A stretch of DNA of 64,000 bases from the human T2T-CHM13v2.0 reference genome, Homo sapiens. The position numbers and the translations under genes are program-made. The stretch lies in assembly GCF_009914755.1 (NCBI RefSeq), contig NC_060947.1, one strand, 5' to 3'. A model generated the notes under the pieces. It was not told where the DNA came from and did no database searches. It saw only the letters and a program-made list of their open reading frames with translations. Shown one piece after another: positions 43,246 through 56,349 of the stretch. Each line of letters begins with the position of its first letter. Positions within the stretch are counted from its first letter, which is position 1.

Positions 43246-45630
43246 AATCAAAGCCACATTATTTTACATGCAAAAGTTTTGCTCAGTCTTTGTTAATTTC
43301 CTAAATTAGAAACAAATGGCCTTGCAGTTGCTACTTCATTTTCTGCTTTTGATACTGCTATATAGAAATTTAGTATTTAAAATAAAAATAACACTAGACA
43401 GCATGACTAGCTTCAGAGAATTATCAATGATTTAATCTTTAGTTACCTGACACCTGAATTACTATAGATTCCTATTGGGCACACTCTGATGTCATTTTAT
43501 AAAGGTAAATTATTTCCTCTTCAAAGTTGTGACCTATCTCATAAAAGTGTCATAAGAATTAACTAATTAAAGATCAAAGAGCACTTTGAGAATATATTAT
43601 ACTATGTAAATACTGAGTATTGAAAAGACAAATTCTAGAGGTTAGCAAAATACTAATGTGTCAACACCAGTTCTTTCTTGCAAGGTTTTGTTTTTCATCG
43701 TTGTTCTTCTATGTTGTAAAATATGTATTGAAACATTTGTCATAAAATATCTTGCTGCTAAATGTAAGAAAGTCTAACAGGTTTTACTTTTTCAAAATTA
43801 ATAAATATTCATATTTTATTTTAAATCACAATGGTTCTCATGAAACTGAAATTATATTATTCCAGAAGTAATCAGAGCTTTTTAGAAGTAATTGGAGTCT
43901 TTTTGGAAGTACATTTTATAAATCCTATTAAGTGGTCATTTTTTCTTATGGTTCTTTCTTTTAGCAAAGTAAATTTGTTATTTAATTATCTTTAATCTTT
44001 AAAGGAATTATTCAAATATGTCCATGCTTTATTAAATAATAAGTACTGGGGCATTATAGTAAATTATTAGAAAGTATAAATGATAAAATGTGTGCTATTT
44101 TGAGCATGTTTAGACTTCACAACTATATCTACACATAAAATATCATAATAAAAACCAATTATTGAAAAATATAAAATCACACATGAGATTATGTAGAGAT
44201 TTTAAAGAAGCTTGGGAATTGCCTCCACTTCAGTATACATCATCAAAGCACGTTTTAGATACCTGCAAATAGTTCTTTGGCTTTGAGATTTAGTATTGCC
44301 AAAAAAAAGTCTGAAAATTAAATGTTTCTAAGGTCTGATAGGACATTTTGCTTGTTTTCACAGATGAAAAATTTTAGTAAAAATATATTCTTAAATAAGA
44401 CATGTATTAGGGTTCTCTGGGGATATATATATATATATATTGGTTATATAGGCTATTGATCTATCAATGTATCAGAACCCATATGTGCATCAAGGGAATT
44501 ATAATGAAGAATTGGCTCATGAGACTGTGGAGATTAAGTCCCATAATCTGCTAAATACAAATTGGAATCCAAAGAAGGCCAATGGAGTAATTCAGTCCTG
44601 GACTAAAGGCCTGAGAACCAGTGGAGCCAAGGGGGGTATAATTTCCAGTCTGAGAATCAAAGAAAATGAGTTGAAATGTTTCGGTCATTGTAGCAGGAAA
44701 AAAATAAAAATAAAAAGAGTGAGTTACTTTTTCCTCCCCCTTTTGTTCTATTTAGGCCCTCAGGAGATTGGGAGATGCCCACTCACAATGGAGATCCACA
44801 ATCTACTGATCCACCAATTCAAATGCTAATCTCAACTGGAAAGACCCTCACAGACACACTAGGAAATTACGGTTAATCTGGGCACCCCATGGCCAGTCAT
44901 GATGACACATAAAATTAACCATCCTAATTACACTCCTTGTCCATTCGGCACCCATATGCATCTCCTTAAACAATACTTAATCTTCAAGTAAAGATTATAA
45001 CAAGATCATAACACTGCCTAACGTGATACAAGTACCATGCAAAAAAACAAAAACATGCTTACTTCTTCCCAAAAGGGGAGGCAAATTCTTTGGTCGATGT
45101 TTACTCTTCTCCTTGACATCATGTAACCTAAATACTATGATGTAACATGATGTAAAATTAACAATACTAAAATGAAATTTGTATGAATTAAAATCAATAC
45201 ATTTTATGTTACATCATAAGGGAATAAGAAAGCAAAACACAACAAAGATTTTACACACACACACATACACACGAATATATGAATGTACTCATAGGAAATT
45301 AAGGAAAAATTGGTTATGACAATTATGATTCTCCTTTCTGTAACTGATCACATGGTCGTAGCTGTTATTTATAACTATCTTCTTCCACTACCTATTTTCT
45401 ATTCTCTTTGACTTCAGCAAGCACCTCAACTGAAGTTTGGGTGTTCAATGAAGCACCCAAAGTTCATTGCTGAAGAGTCTGGGCCATTAGTAGTCCTGCT
45501 TAGATGGATTGTTACAGGTTTCTATTTAGATTGTTATAGTTGTCCATTCAAGTTAATCACAAGGCACGGGGATATTAAGAAACACCATAAGAGATCTCCT
45601 GTATTCTAGACATACTCTTCCTTATCTCCA

Positions 45631-45882
45631 TTATGGAGTAGCAGTCCAATATCTCCCTTGGTAATCAGGATCAATCATCTCAGCCAACATTGTAACTTCC
45701 ATCTTTGTTGATTTGGAGATGTGAAGAGCCCTAAGAGGCCAGGTGGAAGTCTTAATTTCAAGTTCAATGAAATCATTGTTACCTCTCCCGGTGGAAGCAT
45801 TCCTCCCGCAGGAACTAAGACCTCTAGGCCAGCAGAGCATAAAATCACAGAAACAGGAAGCAAAATCTTGCTGGTTGGTCAC
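45631..45882 (-). pseudogene. ERVL dUTPase remnant
   Basis: LCSAGLEVLVPAGGMLPPGEVTMISLNLKLRLPPG and VTMLAEMIDPDYQG; dUTPase downstream of IN is the ERVL arrangement. Confidence 0.85.
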
Positions 45883-45899
45883 TATGGATGCTAGTGAAC

Positions 45900-48138
45900 A
45901 TTGTCACTCCAGTTCTACCACTTGATTCTTGGACCCATGAGTCCTGGCTATGAGAAAAACAGCACCATATATTGGACACTGATTCACAGCACAGCCTTCT
46001 GGAAAACCTTTCCCCAGGCTTGCACGGTGTTTACATTTAGCTGTTGTTGTAACTGAGTCTTCAAAAGGCTATTCCACTGTTCCATCAAGCCAACTACTTC
46101 AAGATGGTATGCATCATGGTAAGGCCAATGAACTTCATGGTCATGGACCTATCTATTGTCACATTTATTTTGCTGTAAACTGAGTTTCTTGATCTAAAAC
46201 AACAGTGTGTAGGGTGTCATAACAGTGACTGAGACATTTTTTAAGTCCCCAAATGGTAGTTTTGGCAAAAGAACTGCATGCAGAGAAGGCACATTAATTT
46301 CCAGAGTAAGTGTTTATTCCACAAACAATAAAATGCAGCTCCTTTCTTGATGGAAGTGGTCAAATGTAATCAACTTGCCAACAGGTAGTTGGCTGATTAC
46401 CCTGGGTAAAGGTATCATCTCGGGGATTCAGTTCTTTTTGATGGCAGACTGGACACTCAGTGGTGGTCATAGCCAAGTTGCCCTTGGTGAGTTAAAAGCC
46501 ATGTTGCTAAGCAAGTCTCCATTTCTGCTGCCATGGCCACTTCGTGAACCACTGAGCAATGATGGTGTGGCAGGGGAAAGAGGCTGACTAGTATCTGGAA
46601 AATGGGTATTCTATCCACTAACCATTAAAATTATTTGCTGAGGTCTCTTGTTAGTGAGTAATCACATAAGACACAAAGCCTTCATAATTTTTGCCCATTC
46701 AGAGAGGTCTAACCACAAACCTCTTCCTCACATGTCTGTCATCAATTTTACAATTATGTTCCTTCCAAGTCCCTGACCAACTAGCCAAACTACTGGTCAC
46801 AGCCCATGAATCAGTATGCAATTGCACCTCTGGCCATTTCTTCTTCCAAGCCAAGTGAATAACTGGGTGCACTGCTCCAAGTTATGCCCACTGAGAAAAT
46901 TTCCCTTTGCCACTCTCCCTCAGGAATATACCAGAGGGGGGCAGTAGATCTGCAGCTGTTGACTTTTGAATGCTGCCTGCATATTATGCAGATGTAAACA
47001 GGGTTTAAGTTTTCTCTGCCTTTGTCAAAGGATCTTAAGTTATTCACCACGAGGTCATACGTAAAGGGTAAAAGAGAGAAAGTAGCATAGTAGGAATAAG
47101 GACAATAGGTACCTGACCCACTTCTTCATGTAACTTACTTGCATCTCAGGATCTTCTCAGGCCAAGTAATTCATATGTCACTTCTGTTTGATGATGTAGT
47201 GTTGCTGTGCATGCTCAATTGTATGAGTTTTCTGGTTAGATAACACCCATTTTATGATGGGAAGCTTAGGTTACATGGTAAATTGGTGGAGATGGTTAAG
47301 CGTTCAGTCTCTACTAAAGGCTAGTCACAGGCCAAGAACTGTTTCTCAAAAGGAGAGTAGTCATCTTCAGAGAATGACAGGATCTTGCTCCAAAATTTTA
47401 AAGACCCCCACTGCACCTATAGGAGGTGGCCAAGGGCTTCAAATAGTATTCCTATCTGATGAATGATATGGTGCAAGTGGAAGAGCAGCTTGCACTTAGG
47501 ACTGAACTTATTACAGAGCCATCTCTTATTGTGAGTCCCACTCCAAATCAACAGCTTCTCTAGTCACTTGGTAAATGGGCTGAAACTACACACTCAAATG
47601 AGGAATATGTGGCCTTCAAAATCCAAAGAGTCCCGCTAGGAGTTGTACCTACTTCTTGGTTGTTGGAAGAGCCAGATGCAACAACTAATCCTTCACTTTA
47701 GCAGGAATATCTCAAGAGGCCCCACTCATACCACTGTACCCCAGAAATTTGACTGAGGTAGAAATCCCATGGAATTTAGTGAAATTTATTTCCTGTCCTC
47801 CCTGACATACAGATGTCTTATCAATAAGTCTAGAGTAGGCGGTACCTCTTCCTCGCTAAATCCATTCAGCACAATATCATCAATGTAATGGACCAGTGTG
47901 CTATCTTGTGGAAGGGAAAGGTGATCAAGATCCCTGTTAACTAAATTCTGACATCGGGCTAGGGAGTTGATATAACCCTGAGGCATGACAGTGAAGGTGT
48001 ACTGGTGGCCTTGTCAGCTGAAAGCAAACTGCTCTGGTCAGCCATAAGGACAGGTTTGGAGAAAAATCATTTACCAGATCAATGGCTGCATACTAGGTAT
48101 CTGGGGATGGCTTAATTTGCTGAAACAATGAAAACACA
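45900..48138 (-). pseudogene. pol: ERVL pol remnant (RT, RNase H, integrase)
   Basis: [10 protein letters not shown]...[10 protein letters not shown] (47786-47986); IN WQVDYI*PLPSRK (46342-46380) and EQWNSLLKTQL; many stops and frameshifts. Confidence 0.9.
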
Positions 48139-48619
48139 GCCAGTCTGAGGGCTAAAGAAGATGAAATGAGATGATCTAGCTCAAACTGTGAGGCAGAAAA
48201 AAACAGTCTAATTTATCATTCCTTGTTTTTTTGTTATATTTAGGGCCTCAGTGGATCAGATAATGTCTGTCCACTTTGGGGAGGCCAATCTATTTTATTG
48301 AGTCCACTAATTGAAATGCTAATTTCACTCAGAATTACCCTCATAGACATGCCTAGAAATAATGTTTAATCTGGATACTTCATGGCCAGTCAGATTGAGT
48401 CATACAATTAACCATTACAAGACATAACTGTTAATTCAGAGTGACTTATACGCATATTATAAACAAGAAGTTAGATTTAACTTCCCAAAAAAGAAGAATA
48501 AAAAGATGGCAAATGTTTGGGTCATCACGATGTAAGTGGCCTTATTAAAACCCTTGAAATGCAAGATGAGGTAGTAATATATTAAATTGTTTACATTTTT
48601 CTTATTATGTTTATTTAAT

Positions 48620-48800
48620 AAACACTTTAGTAACACTTATGTTAATCACAGTTTTAAGTATCATAAAAACATTCATTTGATTCTTATTTCAATTGTATAA
48701 ATTAGTTATTATTATTACTCACATTTTACAGACAACTCTTTAAGTAACTCGTCCAAAGTAACACATTTAAAGAGTGACAGAGCCCAAGCAGGCAGAGTCT
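48620..48800 (-). mobile_element. MIR fragment
   Basis: cacattttacagaca...taagtaactcgtccaaagtaacaca. Confidence 0.55.
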
Positions 48801-49413
48801 GGAGTGATTAATCAGGTGTTAAGATGCTTCTCTTTTTTCTTTGTTGGTAACCAGGTAACAAGTCGGAAATTATCCTTAGTTTGAGAGCACAACACCTGTT
48901 TCAATTTTCTTCAATGTTAGAGAAAAAAGAAAAAAAAAGTGACAGGATTTAGCAAATTAAAGTAAGTATGATTCTTAATTCCATTCTTCCCAAAATGGTG
49001 AATTAACATGAGCTGCTGTCTCAATCCCTCAAGAAGAAGAAGAAATAAATGAAACATCTTTAAACATTTTTTAAGGAAAGTAAATATCAACTGTGTGAAA
49101 CATCCTACGGAAATAAAAGTCATTTTGAATTGATGGGAATGTGTGTTTTTGTATACACATGGAGAATGCAGAGCTGAATATATTTTTTAGAATAGTTGAA
49201 TTCTGCTCCTTAGTATCCCCTGCCATTGCCTTGTTTTAATCAACACCTGCCCCTTCACTATGAAATTCTGTGGCAAAAATGCATCCCTTAGGCCAGGTGT
49301 CCACATGGGCAAAATAGTGCAAAAGCTTTTTTTCATGAAGTTTGACAAGCATTAAACATTTACTCTTCTCTTTCCTCTTCAAACTTCTGAAGCCATTTGA
49401 TTACAACCTAGGG

Positions 49414-49614
49414 TAAGGATAAGGAAACTTTTTATCTGTAGTGGCCAGATATTTAATATTTTACATTTTGGAGACCACATAGATCTCTGTCACATATTAT
49501 TATTTATTTTATAAACTCTTAAAATGTATAAACCATTCTTAGTAAAAATCCTGTACAAAACCACGTTAGTTCTGAGGTGTATTTGTTCCACTCGATATTT
49601 TCTGCAGACTGCTG
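49414..49614 (+). mobile_element. hAT-Charlie MITE (MER58C-like)
   Basis: aaactttttatctgtagtggccagata...ctctgtcacatatt; exact 8-bp TSD acctaggg at 49406-49413 and 49615-49622. Confidence 0.85.
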
Positions 49615-50161
49615 ACCTAGGGCATACCTTCTTCAATTCTGTTTTTCCCTCAGCTTCCAAAAGCAAGGTACTGACTTAAAGAATTCCTTATAGGTGGATA
49701 TAAAACTGGAGTGAATGATAATGTTTCTTCTGTGCTTGGGGCTGCTTATTCTAAGAATCCACCTATCCTTCTCTTTGATTATGCTACTGGAGAAAGGGTG
49801 TGAGTGACACTGACTGAAGTTTGGCCAGCCCTTGATGTGTGATATGCATTTCCAGTTAGACTTACTCCAGTGTCACAGGCAAAAATAGAAATCTGAGAAG
49901 TATAACTACTTTAAAAATAACTGGATTACAAATATACTAGAAGATAGAGATCGTAGACCACATTGGTCATTTAAAATGATTATCTGAATTTATAATAAGT
50001 CATATATATATATATACTAAAAATTAAAAGAAAAAATTTTAGTGATATGAAACAGAAAAAAAGAACTCAGGAATAACTAGAAATTATAGGGTAAATAGTT
50101 GAATAAATACATATACAAAATGAACTAATGAGTTGAGAAACAATATTAAACTTTCCCAAAG

Positions 50162-50655
50162 TGTGTCCGGAGTTGGTTCCTGCCTGTGGGTTCGTGGTCT
50201 CACTGACTTCAAGAATGAAGCTGCAGACCTTCTCGGCGAGTGTTACAGCCCTTAAAGGTGGCACAGACCCAAAGAGTGAGCAGCAGCAAGATTTATTGTG
50301 AAGAGTGAAAGAACAAAGTTTCCACAGCGTGGAAGGGGACCCAAGTGGGTTGCCGCTATTGGCCGGGGTGGCCAGCTTGTATTCCTTTATTTGTCCCCTA
50401 CCATGTTCCATTTCTGTCCTATTAGAATGCCCTTTTTTTCAATCCTTCCTGCGATTGGCTACTTTTAAGATCCCTGATTGATACATTTTACAGACCTCTG
50501 ATTGGTGCATTTTACAATCCTCTTGCTAGCTCCAGAGTGCTGGTTGGTGCATTTTGACAGAGTGCTGATAGTTGCATTTTACAATCCTCTTGTAAGACAG
50601 AAAAGTTCTCCAAGTCCCCACTCGACCCAGGAAGTCCAGCTGGCTTCACCTTTCA
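50162..50655 (-). mobile_element. ERV9 solo LTR (LTR12F-like), copy 1
   Basis: tgtgtccggagttggttcc...gacttcaagaatgaagc...aagtccagctggcttcacctttca; 4-bp TSD aaag. Confidence 0.92.
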
Positions 50656-51239
50656 AAAGGAAAATAAAAGCGGTAAAAGAAATAGAAGTTATAAACAAAT
50701 AAACAAAAAGTTAAAAACTAGTAGAATAGTAGAAAACACATAAATAGGTGTTTAATATAGGCCAGGATAAGTTAATTCTTACAAAGACACAAAGACCTGA
50801 GAATATTTGCAACAGAATGACTCACCTTGAAAATCTTTTTGGGGGATCTATCCAAATTATAAAATGAACAAATAGAACAGATGTTGCAAGAGACAGGCAA
50901 GGTAAAGTTGATTAAATAACTTGATAAATTTTGTAATTGTCAACAAATATAGCTAATAACAAAGAAAAGAGGGAGAAGATTATATTCATAGTTATCTAGA
51001 ATTTAAATGATACAAAGCAACAACATAATATTCAGGGCACAGGTTATTGACAGATCAAGAATATGAAAACATCAAACAGTATTTTCCAATTAGGAAGAAG
51101 GCATAAATGTAGATATCTGTGTTTGTTTGTTTCTTTGTATATGTGTGTTAAGAAAGAACAAACATAAAAGACGTTTAATGAGTCAAATTCAAATAAAAAA
51201 CTAGGATGTTAGAAGTCTATATATTTCAATATTTACAAT

Positions 51240-51660
51240 AATTATAATAAATTGACCATTTAAAAGGCAGTGATTAAGGTTGAGTAATGTTAATAATAAT
51301 AATAGAAACAACAACAACAGTAATAATAAAACCCAACCCTATGTTCCTTGTAAGGAAACCACATACAGAAGAAATTCACACAGTTGAGAAAAAAAGGATG
51401 AAAATCAATATGATATAAAATTACTAACAAAATATCTGGTGTGTCATGTTTATACCATACCACATAGAGATATAAAAAGCATCATTAGGACAATTACATA
51501 ATTATAAAAATTTAATTCACTAAGTAAAGCAATTCTAATTGTATAGGCATCTAAAAGTTTCATAAAATATATATGTAGCAAATATTGATAGAATTACAAG
51601 GAAAAAGAAATTTCCCACTTCTATGGTAGAAAATTTTATCACAGCTTTATAAGCATATAA
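51240..51660 (+). mobile_element. Old L1 ORF2 endonuclease-region fragment
   Basis: ccatttaaaaggcag...acccaaccctatg...ggaaaccaca; heavily decayed. Confidence 0.5.
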
Positions 51661-51684
51661 TATTTATAAACATAAATCGAAGTC

Positions 51685-53296
51685 TAAGAGTGACATCAAC
51701 AAAATGGTTGACCAGGAAACTCCATGATCTTGTTCTTCTGTCAATGCAACACAAAAAAAAACCCCAAAAAACTGACGAAATAGACTTTGTAAGAGCCCTG
51801 AAAAACAGACAAATGTCTACAGCAACTAGTGAACATCCAATCAAGAAATTTAAAAAATAATGGTAAGTTTTAAAGTGATTTTGTTCAAACTTGTCCCACC
51901 TCCTTCCTGGTGCAGCATGGTCTTGGTCTGCAGGATGTTGCAGCTCAGTTTTAAATTTTCTTTCTCAAACTGGAGGACACAGAACAGATATTATTTCTAA
52001 TGTTTTAACCTTTCTGGGAGCTGCCTCTTTATCTTATGTTGGAGCTCAGTTCAGGCAACATAGTTGAAAGAGGCAGGCACAGCTCTTATACTGCAGGCAG
52101 ACAAAGAACCACAGGCACCTGGGGGTAAAAGATTATGAGTAGAGATGTACAATAGACAGTCTAAATCTCTTAGGAAAAGCTGGGTTGAACCTCTTTGGGA
52201 AATGAAGATGTTCAAAAGCAGCTGTATACGGCACATAAGGATGAATTTTTAAAAGTCTGATCTGAGACTCCTGATCAGAAAAGACCAGAGAAGACCCTCA
52301 GCCTCATATCAGGCTGATTCTAAGGCTCAAAAAATGCTCTGCTGATTAGAGAATGACTTCCTTGGCTCAGAGCCAGTCTTCAAAGACTGAGAGAGGAATC
52401 TGCTTTTTTTGAATATTCAATGTTTGACAGCAACAAAAATAACAAGGCATACAGAAAACATCAGAAAAATCTGATCCATTCAAAACAAACAAACAAACAA
52501 TAAAGTTGAAGAAACTGTCTCTAGAGAAACACAGGCTTGGACTTACTAGCCAAAATTTTAAAGTAACTGTGTTTCCCTTATGCTGAAAGACCTGAAGGGA
52601 AAGATGGACATGGAATAATAAAAATCAGAAAAACAATATAAGAGCAAAATGAAAATATCAACAAAACTACAGAAATTATAAAAAGAAAGCCAAATCAAAA
52701 TTCTTGTATTAAAAAAATTGTATAACTGAATTGAAACATTCACAAAAGGGATTCAACAGTAGATACAAGTAAGCAGAGGGAAGAATCAACAACTTGACTA
52801 GTTGTTTGAAATAATTGAGTGTGAGAAGCAAAAAGAAAAAAAAAGAATAAAGAAGGGTAAACATAAACTAAAAAACTTAAGGGACTTCATTAAAAGGACC
52901 ACTCTACAGATCACATGAGTCTCAGAAGGAAAAGACAGATAAATAAAGGGGTAGAGAGAGTATTTTGAAGAATTAATGGTTGAAAACTCTCTAAATTTGA
53001 GAAAATACATGAATCTATAAATCCAAGAAGCTCCCAAGAAGACCGACACTGAACAATCAAATATTCAAAAGCCAAAAGAGAATCTTGAAACCAGCAAGAG
53101 AAACTCATGTAACCCACTATATACAAGGGATTCTCAATAAGATTAACAGTGGATATCATAACAGAAACTTTGGAGGGAAAAAGGCAGTAGAATGATATAT
53201 TTAAAGTGGTGAAAATAGAAAATTGTTAACCAATAGTTTTTATATCCAGCAAAACTGTCTTTTGAAAAATGAGGGAGAAATTAAGACATTCTCAGA
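51685..53296 (+). mobile_element. Old L1M 5' UTR and ORF1
   Basis: aaaatggttgaccaggaaactcc 5'-end-like start; ORF1-like gattcaacagtaga...gcagagggaagaatca, tttgaagaattaatggttgaaaact, gagggagaaattaagacattctcaga. Confidence 0.7.
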
Positions 53297-53649
53297 TGTC
53301 TTAGTCCACTTCTGGTGCTATAGCTGACTAGTACAGACTGGGTAATTCTTCAAACAAAAAAGAAAAGTCTATTTGGCTCATGGCTCCAAAGGCTAGGAAG
53401 TTTAAGAGCATGGCACCAGCATCTGGTGAGGGTAATGTCCCAGTGCAAGGATGGAAGGCAGAAGTAAACACTTGATATATAGAGAGACGTGAGCTGAATT
53501 GATCCTTTTTATCATAAATCAACTCCCACAATAACTAACCTAGTCCTCTGGTAGTGATACTAATCCATTTATGAGGATGGAGCCCTCATAGCCTATCACT
53601 TTGTTAAGGCCCCATCACCCAACACCATCACAATGACAATTAAATTTCA

Positions 53650-53652
<3 letters not shown>
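53297..53652 (-). mobile_element. MaLR LTR (MST-family), truncated
   Basis: tgtcttagtcc...agcatggcaccagcatctggtgagg...aattaaatttcaaca. Confidence 0.8.
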
Positions 53653-53685
<33 letters not shown>

Positions 53686-53695
53686 GTATATGAAT
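53651..53695. repeat. (CA)n(TA)n microsatellite
   Basis: Directly visible. Confidence 0.9.
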
Positions 53696-53699
53696 ATAG

Positions 53700-54768
53700 A
53701 TCCAGATGGTAACACATATAAGTATTTATAGATATGTGTATTTACACAGGTTAGTATGCACAGATATATTTCTTTTCCCCATTAGCTGAGAGGGCCTAAG
53801 AGAAGCAATATCTCGGAAGCAAAATACATACTTAATTTCCCAAATCTCGATTTCTAATACCATCCTCCAATAAAAGAACCAGAGTTTCTCTGAGAATTGG
53901 CTGATTTTAGGACTGGGGCAGAAAATATACAAAATGAGTCTGGAACATTTTTCAAGGCCAGAAAGTTAAAAAAAAAAGTGCTCAGTTACATAGAGATGGG
54001 GGTATATCAAAAAACAGAAGCGCCCATTGAAAGAGTTCCCAATGGCCAATGCTGGAACAATTTGAACAACACAATGAATAAAGTAGTACCAAATTGTAAC
54101 TTAAAGTATAAATCTTCATGAGTCCAAAAACTAACATAAATAAATGATTGAATAAATTAATAAATGGGTGTGAAGACACAAATTTTTCACACGGACAAAG
54201 TACAAATAAAGTATGTAGATAATCCATCCTAAAGGGGGATAACATAACTCCTCATTATTTACGGGTGGGCTCTGCATATCAGCTTCTTTTTAAAGAGTAT
54301 AGAAAGTGGGAAAAAGAGTGACTCTAAAGTGCAGAAGCCTAACAAACACTATTTCAACCAGGTAATCAATGTGAACATCAAAAGTCATAAACCAGGTTGA
54401 TAGTATGTTCCTTTGATATGATACATAAAATGGCACATTTTCTCTGTAATCTTCCTTGTAAAACCACATTATTCTGTCTAATGATGAGAAAGACATTAGA
54501 CAAATTGAGAGACTTTCTATAAAATGCCTGACTAGCACTCCTCAAAACTGTCATGTTTATTAAAAAGAAGAAAAGTTTTGGAAATGGCCATAGTTAAAAA
54601 AAGCTTCAGGAATCATAATAACTACATGTAATGTGGTATTCAGGACGGGATTCTGGAACTGAAAAAAAAAAGACATTAGGAGAAACTTAAAAAATCTTAA
54701 TAAAGTAACAATATATTAATATGGGTTTATTAATTGTTACAAATTTACCATATTGAAATAAGATGAAG
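53700..54768 (+). mobile_element. L1MC-type 3' UTR
   Basis: agctgagagggcctaag, ggactggggcagaaaatatacaa, ttcccaatggccaatgctggaacaatttga. Confidence 0.75.
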
Positions 54769-54769
54769 C

Positions 54770-55246
<477 letters not shown>

Positions 55247-55739
55247 TCACTTTCTTTTGGGTAAACTACAAGAACTGTCAAAGAATGTATATGAGTACAT
55301 AGGAGATATTGTTAGTAATATACATCTCATGTTTGTAGTGTATTCACAGGTTTTTATATTTATAGATCTCTTTCTCTCCCCACACACACACGTATATTAT
55401 AGAGAGACAATAGATCGATAGATCAATAGATACAGATAGATCGATGCATCCACACATACATACATATATTCATGCATAAATGTAAAATTTTAAAAGTCAC
55501 ATACACAGCAATGATGAGAAACTCTTATGAACAACGAAGTATCATTATTCCAATTATGTGCAACTTATGTTAATCAGCAAGCAGAATAAGAGACGAGCTG
55601 TACATTGGCTCTCCAGGGCAAATGCTGATCAATAAAGAGTATATTTCTTAGGCCTTGCCAGGGATCTATAGTAAAAACAAAATTGAGAAACAGAAAAAAA
55701 AGATTGAAAATTAGAATTATAAAAAAATTATGAAATTAA

Positions 55740-56349
55740 TGTGTCTGGAGTTGGTTCCTGCTGGTGGGTTTGTGGTCTCCCTGACTTCAAGAATGAAGCC
55801 GCAGACCTTCGCGGTGAGTGTTACAGCTCTTAAAGGTGGCACAGACCCAAAGAGTGAGCAGCAGCAAGATTTATTGTGAAAAACAAAAGAACAAAGTTTC
55901 CACAGTGTGTAAGGGGACCCGAGTGGGTTGCCACTGCTGGCCGGGGTGGCCAGTTTTTATTCCCTTATTTGTCCCCTCCCATGTTCCGTTTCTATCCTAT
56001 CAGAATGCTCTTTTTTCAATCCTCCCTGTGATTGGCTACTTTTAGGATCCTGCTGATTGGTGCATTTTACAGAGCACTGACTGGTGCATTTTACAGAGCA
56101 CTGATTGGTGTATTTTACAATCCTGTTGCTAGCTACAGAGTGCTGATTGGTGCGTTTTTACAGAGCGCTGATTGGTGCGTTTTTACAGAGCGCTGATTTG
56201 TGCATTTTACAATCCTTCTGCTAGCTACAGAGTGCTGATTGGTGTGTTTTACAGAGCACTGATTGCTGCATTTTGCGATTCTCTTGTAAGACAGAAAAGT
56301 TCTCCAAGTCCCCACTCGACCCAGGAAGTCCGGCTGGCTTCACCTCTCA
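55740..56349 (-). mobile_element. ERV9 solo LTR (LTR12F-like), copy 2, with longer CCAAT repeat array
   Basis: Same termini as copy 1; 4-bp TSD ttaa at 55736-55739 and 56350-56353. Confidence 0.92.

Larger units (their letters stand above)
44403..48419 (-). mobile_element. Internally deleted ERVL provirus (MLT2B LTRs, ERVL-B4-like internal region)
   Basis: LTR at 44403-44926, partial LTR at ~48139-48419, pol and dUTPase remnants between them; perfect 5-bp TSD agaca at 44398-44402 and 48420-48424. Confidence 0.92.

Noticed and set aside
44467-44829. 120-aa plus-strand ORF
   Set aside because: Lies wholly within the antisense strand of an MLT2B LTR.
56045-56275. Regularly spaced short repeats resembling a CRISPR array
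   Set aside because: Internal tandem units of an LTR12-family LTR; no unique spacers, no cas genes, eukaryotic context.
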